Source of the DNA: Hemiscyllium ocellatum
Lineage: Eukaryota
Assembly: GCF_020745735.1 (NCBI RefSeq)
Contig: NC_083411.1
Span: 89,390,328-89,454,327 of the forward strand
Length of the DNA: 64,000 nt
Direction: 5' to 3'
Position numbers and translations under genes: made by a program. Below the pieces are notes generated by a model that was given only the letters and a program-made list of their open reading frames with translations, made no database searches and was not told the origin of the DNA. This document shows positions 1-13,292 of the stretch, piece after piece; position 1 is the first letter of the stretch; every line of letters starts with the position of its first letter.

Positions 1-62
1 TTCTTTCGACTGTGACGTCCAGGAATGCCAGTTTGTTATCGGTTTCTTCCTCCTTGGTGAAC

Positions 63-1978
63 TAAACTTCAATTACTGAGACGCTGACAAGGATTTCCTA
101 GCAGCATTAGAAACCACATTGAAGGACAAACAACTCACGGAAGAAACACAACAAGCGATCAGACAGACACCTACTTTGAGCCGAAAGAGGGAAGGAAACA
201 AACTGCACAAGAAAAGAAAGCCCTAGAAAACCTCAAAAAAAAAGACAAAAATATCGTTATATTACCTGCAGACAAAAGGTCGGCTCACAGTCATCCTGAA
301 CAGAAGGGACTACATAGAGAAAGCCAAGGCACTACTCGCAGACACCAAAACATACCAACAGGTAGCGCTAGACCCGACCCCACAACTAGGAAACAAAATT
401 ACATATTTCCTAAGAAAATTACACAATTCCAGACAATTAAACAAGACAGAATTCCAGAAAATGAAACCCGACAGGTCCAACACCCCACGATTCTACGGAC
501 TACCAAAAATCCATAAACCAGGAGCCCCCCTCAGGCCCATAGTAGAAGAGTCACAGCACTCCATCCACTCCACCCAGGAATTTCTAAAAGTCATCAAAAA
601 CACCAAAATAGAGGAAGACGAAACAATGATCTCATTCGACGTAACAGCACTGTTCACCTCCATCAACATCGACCTGACAAAGGAAACACTTACCACATTT
701 TTAGAAGAGACCATCACACACACCCCAACCACCATCAATCACATTACCAACAAAAACATCATGAAGCTAGTGGACCTGTGCCTCACCTTCACCTTCAACA
801 ACAATCTACAAGCAAACCAATGGCACACCCACGGGATCTCCACTATCAGGATTCCTAGCAGAAGCAGTAATGCAAAGACTAGAACAAACAACCCTACCAA
901 CCATCAAACCAAAAATCTGGGTCTGCCACGTAGATGACACCTTTGTCATCACAAAACGAAACAAGATAGAAGAGACATTTAACATCATCATCAACACCCT
1001 CACAGGCATAAAGTTCACCAAGGAGGAAGAAACCTACAACAAACTCGCATTCCTGGACGTCACAGTCGAAAGAACGGACAACGGAGAACTACAAACCTGC
1101 GTATACAGAAAACCGACAAACACTGACCAAATACTTAACTACACCAGCAACCATCCCAACACACACAAACGAAGCTGTAACAGAACACTATTCCAATGAG
1201 CCACATCACACTGCAGCACAGACGAACTTTGGAAAACAGAGGAGAACCACCTATACAACGTATTCAAGAAGAACAGATACTCAAAAAAATGCAGTCTGCA
1301 GATTCCTCAAGAACAAACCACGACAATCAGACCAAACTCAGCCAGAAACCCTAACCACCTTACCATACATCAAAGAAGTTTCAGAAATGACAGCCAGACT
1401 ACTAAGACCCCTCGGAATCCTAGTACACACAAACCCACCAACACTCTCAAACAAAAACTAACAAACTTAAAAGACCCAGTAAATCCCGTGGACAAAACCA
1501 ACGTGACTACAAAATTCCATGCAAGGACTGCCAGAAACACTTCGTAGGACAAACAGGAAGAAAGATAGTCACCATGATACACGAACACCAGCTGGCCACT
1601 AAAAGACACGATCTTCTCTCCCTTGTAGCCCTACACACGAAGGGGAAAAAAAAAACACCATTTCGACTGGGACAACACATTTATCCTCGGACAGGCTAAG
1701 CAAAGACATGTCAAAGAATTCCTAGAGGCCTGGCACTCCAACCACAATGCCATAAACAAACACATGGATCTAGATACCATCTATCAACCCCTCAGAAAAT
1801 GAACAGGAAATGACATCACCACAAACCCCAGGAACCCCTTCCAGGAGAGAGAGATAAATAGAAGGCAGGAGACAACAGCTTCGCTTCACTTGGAGGTCGC
1901 CACTGATGATGTTACCTAGCCAGGTAATGAAACATCTGGATACCAAACCTATAGCTCAGCGAGCAAACCTACACCCTA
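63..1978 (+). mobile_element. Penelope-like retroelement, family A (RT + GIY-YIG), frameshifted; bases 1-62 are an inverted arm of the same element
   Basis: ORFs 461..937 and 870..1199 contain PLE RT motifs (FYGLPKIHKPGAPLRPIV, SFDVTALFT, HVDDTF, LAFLDV, YRKPTNTDQILNYTSNHP). Downstream is a GIY-YIG-like ..FVGQTGRK..HEHQLATKRHD. Bases 1-62 are a near reverse complement of ~1012-1073. Confidence 0.9.
1900..1939 (+). ncRNA. Minimal hammerhead ribozyme motif in PLE 3' end (CGUC changed to CAUC)
   Basis: cca-CUGAUGA-U-GUUACCU-agcc-AGGUAAU-GAAA-CAUC-ugg. Confidence 0.7.
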
Positions 1979-2260
1979 GGACTTGTACAGTTAATGGTAG
2001 GGCCATGAGTAGTGTTGTCAGAGAGAATCTAGGAGTTCAGGTACATAGCTCTTTGAAAGTTGCATTACAGGTAGACAGGGTCAAGAAAGCACTTAGCTTG
2101 CGCTGATTGCTCAGATCATTGTGTATCTCAGTCAGGACATCTGTGGAGTTTGTACAGGATGTGGCCGAGGCAAAGGCCACCTTTTGGAGTACTATGTACA
2201 GTTGTGGTCACCCTGCTATTGAATGATATTAAATTGGAGAGGGTTCAGAATAGGTTTGCA
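1979..2260 (+). mobile_element. CR1 LINE RT C-terminal fragment
   Basis: Encodes remnants such as YTVNGR..LGVQVHSSLKVA and LEYYVQLWSP, like the other CR1 copies in the window. Confidence 0.75.
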
Positions 2261-4175
2261 TACACACCTACTTGTATTTCCATTCATCTGAATGTCATGA
2301 ACCCATGATTTGCTGTGAGGTGTACAGTCTAGAATGAACTATATCATTACACACATTCCTAAAGAAATACTTGACCAATCCCATCCATATTTATTCAATT
2401 GCTTTTGTGGATAACTTTTGTACCCCAAATCTCTACACATGCCCTTTTGCACAAGTAATTTCTATAAATCAGCAGGCGAATTATAAAACATTTTCCAAAT
2501 GACCCACTAATAAAACTCCAAAAGACAACATGGAAATGGAATACAATTACTGAAAAACAAACTCGAGAGGACATGCAAAAAGTGTCCACAGAAGTCAAAA
2601 ATCAAGAATGGTCAAGTTGGCAAAAAGAATTTGGACAAAATAGCTTTACAAAACAAGAAAATACTTCTACTTGGCCCTTTCCTAGTTTTTCTTTGTTTGA
2701 AACATACTGATCCACATTGACAAATTCGAGATTTATTTGTATTTGATAATTTTGTACAAAATCTACACATCCCAATTTATTAGAAACTGCATTCCCTTTA
2801 CCTTGTACAGTACAACTGATGGAAAAGAGGCATAGTAGAATTTAAATCCACTTAAGACATGAATTTGCAAGTTTAGATGAGTTTGCAAAGATTGCCTTGA
2901 GATGCAATTCAAAATCCTTTCCACTCTGACACCAAGACACACAAATGGAAATCAGGACGTAACACTAGCGCTTCACCATAGGCTCACCGATGTTACCTAG
3001 CACGAAACAGCTGAAAACAAACCTTCCAGCGCAGAGAGCAAACTTACAACCTGAAATTCAGAACCCTCTGAAACCTGACTTCTGACAGAACTGGGAACTC
3101 GATCCGGAGGTTTCCAGATGCCAGATACTTGCCCTTGGAAGTTCCAACTTGCCAGCCAAATATCATGTAATCCATCCATTGGGACTTAGAAAAATCCAAA
3201 TAAATATCTTCCTGGGTAATGGTCTGGACTTTCCTGACAGCAAAACATCTGTACCTCGCTTTCCACTGGCATTTCCTACTGCATCCAGGTTTTGCGACAT
3301 TGTTAAAAATCCTCTGTCTGTATATATCCCAGATTCTCATTTTTATTTTGCTTTAGTCATTTACAGAGATCAAATTACAAAACAATTCTCAATTACCAAG
3401 CCAAAATTAACTATTAACTCAAGTCTTTCAATAGTTTAAGAACATTTCATGTACTGCTTAAAGAGAAAATAATATCAGAGTAACTTTTCCTGTCAAAATC
3501 TTGCCCGGCAAAATCGAATTAACAATGCAGACAGATTTTCAATATGAAGAATGAAAATGCAGGTTAATTATTAGAGAGTTCCCAGCATCTATGAAATTAC
3601 TTTAGTAAAAGATCAGTAACTTAAGAAGAAAATGGAGCACAAAAATTCAAAGTCATGCATGAAAGTATAATACCCACTTCAATTAAGAATCAAAAAAACA
3701 GAGGCATAATATTCTTTAGAATATTTGGATAAGCTTGACAATAGGTTATCGATCATAAGACAGGCTCGGATGGCTGGTTTGCAACACATGGGTTTATTTT
3801 CTGCACCAGCTGAGGTTATCGTGAAGGACTCTCCTGCTCAAATCTCTCTCCTTACCTAGCCCTATAGTCTGGTAGGACTATGATGATTTTACCGTTAGTG
3901 ATCATAAAATCTATTTTGGCACTATATACAGCATTGCCACGCAGTGTCTTGAATTTGGGATTAGAAAAAATAGCTTAAAAGCTTGAAAGATAATCAGCAT
4001 TTTAAACCAAACATTACAATTTGCTAAGTGGCTCGAGCATAATTTACATCTATAAATCCCGAATTTATGTAAGTGTAGAGAAAAAAATTAAGTGAGTTTA
4101 GGAGGAACTTCAAAGTTTAATTTTGTCAGTGAAAATAATTTTTAAAAATAACTTAACAAATTTAGAATTAACATA

Positions 4176-4508
4176 CAGATAGATGTATGTTAAACTTTAT
4201 CCGAAATCCAAAAAGCTACAAAATCTGAAGGTTTTTTAAAATCTCATTAACAAGGTTGTTTGGTGTACAAACAGTTAACCCAAATCCACATCCACTCGAT
4301 GCATGTCATTCAGATGTGATTGGGGCGTGGCACAGTACTGGCAGGCCTCAATTCTGTCTCAGGGCCTGTAGTACTCACCGTGTTTGCTGTTCACTAAGGT
4401 TTTTTTAATTTCTCCATTGAACTGTCACTTATTCTGACATTCAAAAAAAATTCTGAATTCCAAAAACCAGCTGGTCCTGAGCATTTCGGATAAAGGATTG
4501 TGTACCTG
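4176..4508. mobile_element. Tc1/mariner Tigger-like (Tigger4/MER46-type) MITE remnant
   Basis: TA|CAG...CTG|TA ends; subterminal TTTATCCGAAAT (~4197) and ATTTCGGATAAA (~4483) are inverted; 3' end GGTCCTGAGCATTTCGGATAAAGG..CCTG resembles the Tigger4 TIR. Confidence 0.6.
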
Positions 4509-7075
4509 TAATTATTTTCACTACAAATTCATTCACCCTCAACTACAATAGAAACAATAATGGTCATAAACAGAAACCTATCCAACAGATTAAAGACATT
4601 ATGTATAACCATCACCAAATCACAAAGCTGGGGTACAAGTTCAGCAACACATTTGCAGCTTCAGAGGTAATAGGGAAGGCAAATGGAATGCTGGTCTTGA
4701 TTTCCAAAAAGAATGAAATATGAAAAGAGGGAAATCTTACTAAAATTATATTAGGTTCTCATCAGATCATAGCTGGATTATTGTGAATAGTTTTGGACCC
4801 CTTTTCTAAGGGGAGAATATGCTGGCACTGGAGGCAGCCCAGAAGGTTCAATGGGCTGATTCTGGATATGAAGGGACCCTTATGGAGGAGAGGTTAAGCC
4901 TGTACTGAGTTTAAAAGAATGAAGCAACCTTATTGAAACATGCAAGGATCATAGCACAAAAAGATGGTTTCCCTGAGTGTGTGTGTCTGGAACCAATGGG
5001 TATAATCTCAGAATAAGGGGTTACCCTATCAAGACACAGATAAAAAATTTCTTCTGAGGATTGAATGTTTTTAGAATTGTTTAACCACAAGGGGCTGTAC
5101 AACTTAAGTTGGTCAGTATAAACAAGACTGAAATACATGTTTTTGAAATAAGCAAGTAACCGCAGCATAATAGCTTTTACTTTTCTTGTGCCTTTTTCAC
5201 AGCAACCTGATCCAACTGGAAAAACTTGGAATCTATAAAGTAATGTTAATAAACTGCATGCAGCTCGGAAGATCTAGAGGTTAGGATTTAAAACCCATAA
5301 GGTAACTGGATTGAAACACAAACTATCATTTATTGACTATTACTTCAAGTATTCTAAAAAGTGTGAAAACGTTGAGCAAGAACCAGATTGAGCTGCATCA
5401 TGTAGTTGTAGAATGGATATTCTACAAAGAGTGGTACCTTCGGGAAAGAAAGAGATATTTTAATTGTATTGGGTCAATTTTTTTTTAATTTCCTGTATTT
5501 TGGAAGCAGGACTGTTCAAAAATGTAAATGGATTGTGGAGAGAAAGAAGTTCACAATCAATTAAGAAATTGCTAGAAAAACTTCAGCAGGTCTGGCAGCA
5601 TCAGTGAAGAGGAAGCAGAGTTAACATTTCAGGTCCAGTGACCATACTTCAGCAAGAGATTCATAAATGTTGCTTGTAAACAAAAAGACAGACATTGAAT
5701 TATTCATACCGACACAGAATCAATAACCTACTCATTCATTGTTTGCTGCAATGGTTAATTGTTGTAAAGGTAACGCTAAAGGCACTTAGTTCATTTATTT
5801 CCCAGAAAAGATACCATGAAATCCAACTACACCTCTTGGACTAAGATCAGAAGAATACCTTTTATGCTCCTTTACAAAACTTAATATAGCCTTCGGCTTT
5901 TTAAATGAAACTCTGCAATTTGCCTTTAATGCATAGAAAAGTGGATTAGAGCAAGCACCCATTTATAATGAAAATCACAAATGACAAACATAGCACTCTA
6001 ACTTTTAAAATCAATACATGATTTTGATAGAATAGATCAATTGTTTTCTTAACTCAGTGCATCATAAATTTCAACACTGAATTATTCAAGTCACAAAGGA
6101 TCTCCATTCAGTTTGTAACTTGGAAGTTAAACTAACTTTGTTATCCTGCTTTGCAACTCACTAAGGGAGCAGCAATTTGTGTTAGCATTCTTATGGCCAG
6201 GGATCCTGCTCACTCTTATTTCATTTGAGAGATTATATGTTGATCTATGTTAAAGACATAAGATTCAGAGATAAATGGTTCAAGGTCAAACATTTCTGAC
6301 CTTCATCACCAGGGCTCACACTGGATAAACAGTAGATTAATAAGGTACAGCAGCAGAGCCATGGAAGCATATTTTAAAATGAGTTTGTGCTTTCAGTAAC
6401 AATAGGGTCATAAGCTATGTCCTACTTTTAAATCTTCAACTGGAAGATCACAAAGCTTAGAATAAACAAAAATGTTTAATCATAATTTCATATGGACAGC
6501 AGACAACAATTTTCTCTTGCACATTAATAATTACATTTAAGATAGTTTTGGAAGAATAAAGGAAATATTAGTAAATGCAGACAGTAGATTTTGACAATTT
6601 TTAATTTAGTAAAACACTCCTTACGGAGGACCCAACTGCTGAATTGATAACAGTACATTGCTAGTTTGATGCACTGCATTCCATTTAATATACCTTAATA
6701 CAATCAATACAAGTTGAATCCAAGATCAAGAGGAAAATGTTGTGAAAGCTAACTAATACTGTTACAGTTTTGTACCTTTAGTTTCTAACTTAAGATTCAA
6801 TTTTGAAAGGAATATAACAACATGCAAATTTTTTTCTTATTTCAGGCATAATACTATGCAAATATCTGAGACCAAGATCAGTGAGTTTTCACGAAAGCCA
6901 TGCAGTGAAGCAAAAAGCAACATCCATCATGCATTATTTTTAATTTCACACTGATGAAATCTGGAAGCTCTAACAGAACATGCATCAGTCTGTACAAAGT
7001 TTTTAAAAAAGCATTGTTAACATTTTAAAATACTTCACAGGATCTACACTTCATTAATGGACAGGTGTACCATAC

Positions 7076-7225
7076 CTGAACTGCCATAGGTTAGTACTGG
7101 TTTAGTAGATGTTTTGAGGAAACCAGAAGAGTTTGAGAGATTGCTACACGAAGTGACATCTGTATTGTTGCTATAAGCACAGGTTGAAGCAAACGGAGTG
7201 CAATAGATGTTTCTCCATCTGTTGG
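7076..7225 (-). CDS. SLAIN motif-containing protein-like, coding exon 3
   Basis: ctctag|CC..TCAG|gtatgg, 150 nt, phase 1/1; (A)NRWRNIYCTPFASTCAYSNNTDVTSCSNLSNSSGFLKTSTKPVLTYGSS(G) resembles the SLAIN1 RWRSLF...FSKTSNKAILT segment; phase matches exon 2. Confidence 0.8.
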
Positions 7226-8141
7226 CTAGAGTGGAAAAGCAAAAATGCATGCACAGTTAGATATGAACACAACAAGTGCAGTCTGCATTGACAGTGCATA
7301 TTGAAAAGAAATCTAGCTCTATTGTAGATGTACTTTTATGTTTGTTGAGGCTAGGTTACTGCCCTCAATGCTGCAACGAGTTAGTTCATAACTGATACGG
7401 TAGACTGTAGTTTGGATGGAAAAGCTAGCAACTTGCTCCTTACAACTTGAGACGTTGGATTAAGTGGGTCACCAGAAGTGGGTGGATTAGCTAATTACAT
7501 ACTGATCACAATATGAAGATACTAAAGTAACAAAGCAAACTCTACCACATCATACTAAGTAACATTAATTAGAAACAATCTTCCATGAGCTACCAAGCTG
7601 CATTAGTCATTAATACTTCTACAAATTATGATTGGCTCAAACGCTGGCATGCTTAAAAGGTTGCAAGTTCAAACCCCACTGAAGGACTTTCATGCATAAT
7701 CTAAATAGACACTAGTGCAATACAAAGGATGCATGTGAAAGATCTCTCCAAGCAATGTTCTATTTCCACATGCCAGTGCACATTCCAAACGTATTGGCAA
7801 GATTTAAAGAACAGGTAGTCCTTCGGAAATCATGGCCACCCTGCTTCCTTCAAATCAAAAGCTAAATTAATTGGTCATATTTCTACTTGCACCTACTTTA
7901 AAATTCATCTTAATCTAGGATTATGGCATTATTTTATAGGATAGACCCAATGGTGCAAAAATAATTCAATGTATTTGGGAATGTGTACAACTGTAAAGTT
8001 GAGCTCATTTCATTTGTCTTGACTGGCTGCCAAAATTGGTTGCTCAGGATGACCTTTGCGACCTCAACAAGTTCTTTTGCACGTCTAGAAAATTCCGCAG
8101 AGTCTTCTTGGGTGCAGGAATTCCCCACGAACTGTACATGC

Positions 8142-9790
8142 GCAAGGTTTATGAAGGTTTGTTGCTCACGTTGAGGTTTAGGGTGTAGGTTTGCTTGCTG
8201 AGCTATAGGTTTGATATCCAGATGTTTCAATACCTGGCTAGGTAACATCAGTGGCGACCTCCAAGTGAAGTGAAGCTGTTGTCTCCTGCTTTCTATTTAT
8301 ATCTTTCTCCTGGAAGGTGTTCCTGGGGTTTGTGGTGATGCCATTTCCTGTTCGTTTTCTGGAGGGATTGATAGATGGTATCTAGATCTATGCGCTTGTT
8401 TATGGCGTTGTGGTTGGAGTGCCAGGCCTCTAGGAATTCTCTGGCATGTCTTTGCTTAGCCTGTCCCAGGATAGATGTGCTGTCCCAGTCGAAATGGTGG
8501 TTTTTTCCATCAGTGTGTAGGGCCATGAGGGAGAGGGGGTCGTGTCTTTTAGTGGCTAGCTGGTGTTCATGCGTCCTGGTGGCTAACTTTCTTCCCGTTT
8601 GTCCTACGTAGTTTGTGGCAGTCCTTGCATGGAATTTTATAGATGACATTGGTTTTGTCCATGGGTTGTACTGATCTTTTAAGTTTGTTAGTTTTTGTTT
8701 GAAAGTGTTGGTGGGTTTTAATGCTACTAGGATTCCGAGGGGTCTCAGTAGTCTGGCTGTCATTTCAACTTCTTTGATATATGGTAAGGTGGTTAGGGTT
8801 TCTGGCTGTGTTTTGTCTGCTTGTCGTGGTTTGTTCTTGAGAATCTGCACACTGTTTTTTGAGTATCCATTCTTCTTGAATACGTTGTGTAAGTGGCTCG
8901 CCTCTGTTTTTTGAAGTTCGTCTGTGCTGCAGTGTGATGTGGCTCATTGGAATCGTGTTCTGATACAGCTTCGTTTGTGTGTGTTGGGATGGTTGCTGGT
9001 GTACTTAAGTATTTGGTCAGTGTTTGTCGGTTTTTTGTATACGCAGGTTTGTAATTCTCCCTTGTCCTTTCTTTCTACCGTGATGACCAGAAATGTGAGT
9101 TTGTTGTAGGTTTCTTCCTCCTTGGTGAACTTTATGCCTGTGAGGGTGTTGTTGGTGATGTTAAATGTCTCTTCTATCTTGTTTCGTTTTGTGATGACAA
9201 AAGTGTCATCTACGTAGCGAACCCAGACTTTTGGTTTGATGACTGGTGGGGCTGTTTGTTCTAGCCTTTGCATTACTGCTTCTGCTAGGAATCCTGATAG
9301 CGGAGATCCCATGGGTGTGCCGTTGGTTTGTTTGTAGACTGTTGTTGAAAGTGAAGTAGGTGGTGAGGCACAGGTCCACTAGCTTCATGATGTTTTCGTT
9401 GGTAATGTGAGTGATGGTGGTTGGGGTGTGTGTGATGGTGTGTTCTAAAAGTGTGGCGAGTGTTTCCTTTGCTAGGTCGTGTGGCGAGTGCCTCCTTTGA
9501 TGGAGGTGAACAGTGCTGAGATCATTGCTTCATCTTCCTCTTTTTTGGTGTTTTTGATGATTTTTAGGAATTCCTGGGTGGAGTGGATGGAGTGCTGTGT
9601 CTCAGAAAACGAACAGGAAATGACATCACCACAAACCCCAGGAACCCCTTCCAGGAGAGAGATATAAATAGAAGGCAGGAGACAACAGCTTCGCTTCACT
9701 TGGAGGTCGCCACTGATGATGTTACCTAGCCAGGTAATGAAACGTCTGGATATCAAACCTACAGCTCAGCGAGCAAACCTACACTCTAAA
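8142..9790 (-). mobile_element. Penelope-like element, family A, with an inverted 3' arm (9601..9790, +)
   Basis: ORFs 8944..9312 (MGSPLS, RYVDDTF) and 8293..8850 (YVGQTGRKLATRTHEH; GIY-YIG). Inverted copy of the 3' end at 9601-9790. TSD AACTG(T/C)ACATGC at 8130-8141 and 9789-9800. Confidence 0.9.
9710..9749 (+). ncRNA. Minimal type-I hammerhead ribozyme with intact core, PLE family A
   Basis: cca-CUGAUGA-U-GUUACCU-agcc-AGGUAAU-GAAA-CGUC-ugg; palindromic ACGU replaces helix III; predicted cleavage after C9746. Confidence 0.8.
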
Positions 9791-12700
9791 CTGCACATGC
9801 CCGGGCAGCAAGTCTTTGAAATTCATAGTTGGCATAGTGCAAAACTTGCTCCAAGTAGATATTCAATAGGCTGACAGACTCTAAAGCCTTCAGGATAGTT
9901 ATATAGTGCTAATCAGTGGACTAGTAATCCATGAGCCAGGCCAACAATCAAAAGATGTGTTCAAGTCTCACCAGGGCAGCTTTCTTAAAAGAAAATTCCT
10001 TCATAGGGCATTGCTGGCTAGTCCAGCATTTATTGCCCCTCACCAATTGCACAGAGGGCAGTTAAGAGTCCACTATATTGCTGTGGGTCTGGAGTCACAT
10101 GCAAACCAGAACAAGTAAGGATGACAATTTCCTTTCCTAAAGGCCATTAGTAAACCAGATGGATGTTTCCCCCCCAACAATCGGCAACAACTGCTTGGTA
10201 ATCATTAATTTCTCAGGTTTATTTGGAAGTACTAGCTTTCGGAGCACAGCTCCATGTTGTGCGACTTTTAAACTTTGTCCACCCCTGTCCAAGACCAACA
10301 CCTCCACATCGTCATTAGACTCCTAATTCAAGATCTTTATTGAATTCAAACTCCCAGTGCTATGACAGGGTTCGAACCCAAGGCCCCCAGAACATTACCT
10401 GGGCCTCTGGCTTAACAGTCAAACGATAACAACACTAGGCCATAATCTACCCTTGGAGAAATTTAAAATCAGGCATACAAACTTGGTTTCACATGTTACT
10501 GAGACTCTAAATTTTTGTTTTTAAAAAAAAGTCAGTTGAGTTCAGTGTCCTTTAGAAGGAAGTAAATCTGCCATGCATACCTGATTTAGCCAATATGTGA
10601 CTCAGACCAACAGGAAGGTGACTGACTTTGAAATGGCCGAAAAGTCATTCAATCTAAGGGCACTGCTGTTGGATTTGCCAATGATACCGATGTCCCATGA
10701 AAGGCTTTTAAAAGTGAAACAGGCAACATTGTAGTTTAGAACAGATCGCTTTACAAACACATCAGCAGTTGAAAGACAGCAGCTTATTAATGACTGCAGC
10801 TAGATAAAGCATTTAGGAATTCTGAGCACAAGGGAATTTGATGCAATAAAACTGAAGGTCCAATCTAGCTAAATAAATACAAAAAACACGTAATTTTTAA
10901 GTAGGACTAAGTAACAGCAACATGGACAGAACTCTAGCTCCTTAGAAAGCAAGGGAAAAGATAACAGCCACTTCAGTCTGGACTGCCACTTGAAGAATCG
11001 AAGTGTGGTGCCACTAAGAAGGAAGCGATTGATTGATAAGTCTCAAACTGAAGGGTCCGAAAGAAAGCTCGATGAGATAACAGTTTATAAAGCTTATTTC
11101 ATTCAGAACAACCAACATGTCAAGAGCTACAGAAAAAGATGAAACTGATCACATTTCCTGTCTTCTAAATTGTATACATGAAATCCAACTCTCAAACTCC
11201 TTCCAGAATTTAGGGAGCTCAATTCAATACTATATTAAATTAGGTGCATTCTTGTAGATGTTAATACATGATATTTCCTTATGTATTAGGAGATCTTAAA
11301 ACAAATGTTTCAAATAATTTGTTTCATGCAGATAAAATGCACATATAATTGAAGACTGATGTTTTGCCATAAATATTCTTGTGGAGCATGCAGTAATTGA
11401 TGCATTATATAGACCTGGTAAATGATAGGAGAGCAAGGTGCATGCAGTAAGAATGAATTAGTTTTGCATGCCTTGAAAAATATCCACATCCAGCTTTAAT
11501 CTATCATTCTTCCCTTTAGGCATGTGATATAGGTTATTGGGGATGTTCTCTTGTCCTGCCTTTTGTGCAAGTGAAACGACCATATGCTTCAGTTTTCCAG
11601 TTGTACTTTTTACATTTTGATATCTCCTGAACATTGAGTAAGATCTGTGTGTTGTCTTAAAGTTGGGTGTAGGAACTGGCAGTAATAAATCCACAGAACT
11701 TACACAAACAAGTGCATGTTGAACAGTAACCTAAAAGACCACTTTGCTTTCTAATCTCTTGCTTTACTAAAATTTTCCTTCACAAGTCTATCCCAAAAGG
11801 TCTGAAATATGTTTAACCAGTGAGTGTATGCTTAACACATCCAATCCAACACACACGTGTGCCTCTGTTACTTGCAGGCATTACTGTTGGCACTCACCTG
11901 TTTCTTTCTTTTCAGCAACGTGCCAAAGGGACTATTATTGAGGATGGAGCTGCCCCAAGTTCTATTTCATAGTATGTACAACTCACTTTACAACACCTTA
12001 TGCAGTGGACACCTCATTATTACTATTCCTTTGATTTGTCGTCTAGAAGACGACAATCTTGGCATTGGTAATTATTAGATTTGGGATAGAAGTGGATAAA
12101 GGTAATTTCAGAAAATAATTGGCATTAGAGGGTGCTAAATGAGTTTAGTAGGAAAGTGGGAGGAGGAGATGAAAGGACATCTGACCAGATTTGCTTTAAA
12201 TCTGCAAAACAAAGCTCTTCCAATGTCTTCAGTCTGTAAGGCATTATCTGTAGCTGAACTTCAGAAATTTAGAAGGCAGATAACGTTTTTATATATAATT
12301 AAATATATGTGGGAAATTCTTATGAAGAAGAACAAATACTTCTAATACACTCAGGATTATGCAAATGTTCCTTCAGGTCAAAAGCTGACCACTTTATGTT
12401 TTTAGTACGATGCATGGCATCAACCGAATAAGTGAAAAATACAAATAAAATGGGTTAAAGAATGCCTTTCTGATGAATCTGTTTTGATGTGATTAACATC
12501 ACAATTAAGCACCTAACTGTAAATCTAGATTAGTATTTATTTCACAATAATCTTGCAAGTGACTAATTCCTTCGTTAGCTGGATCAAAAGGTATAAAATT
12601 ATTGGGAGCTACTGCTTGCTCAGAATTCTGGATATTGAGGGGCACATATTATTTTTGCACTCTTGACATAGTACAGAGTAAAAATATGGTGTGCACATTG

Positions 12701-13010
12701 AAGTCGAATTAGTTGGCCAGGTAATATTTTTGTGTAGGACATGTTGGGTCATCATTTCTTTAGCTATCATTTTAATGGACTTCCAATATGACTGTCACAG
12801 CTTCAAGTATGTTAGATTTTGACTGAACACAATGAATGGACATATTTGGTGCTTGGTCAGTCAAATAATGGTGTAACTAGCTTTTCAGTAAAGTGTAATG
12901 AGTGTTTAATTGTTTTCACATCATGTACCCTGATTTGTGAAATCACACAAAATGCAGCTCATCTACAAATTTTCAGATGTTGCACTTCCAAAGGGAAGGT
13001 CATCCATTAT

Positions 13011-13292
13011 GGATGGCACGATGACTAGCACTGCTGCCTCACAGTGTCAGGGATCCGGATTCAATTCCGCCCTCAGGCGATTGTGTGGAGTTTGCACATT
13101 CTGCTAGTATCTGTGTCGGATCCCTCGAAGTGCTCCAGCTTCCTCCCATAATCCAAGGATGTGTGGGTGAGGTGAATTATAATACAGGATTGAGTTGGAG
13201 GGGGAGAGGGTTGATGGTGCGTAGTCTTTAATGGGTCAGTATGGACTTGATGCCAAATGGCCTGCTTCCACTCTGTAGGGATTCTATGATTG
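13011..13292 (+). mobile_element. HE1-like V-SINE, older copy
   Basis: tRNA-like head, V-domain TGTGTGGAGTTTGCACATTCT..TCCTCCCA..TCCAA.GATGTG, CR1-like tail GATTCTATGATT. Confidence 0.8.

Noticed and set aside
2800-2930. Possible SLAIN-like exon 4
   Set aside because: Splice-like ends are present, but the frame checked has a stop and the expected SSQSSIDSELS/DVQILARMQEE motif is absent; further exons probably lie outside the window.
8215-8256. Functional hammerhead in the minus arm of the 8.1-9.8 kb PLE
   Set aside because: A 3-nt deletion disrupts the CUGAUGA-U junction; the motif is a degenerate remnant, like those near 2990, 54990 and 55225.
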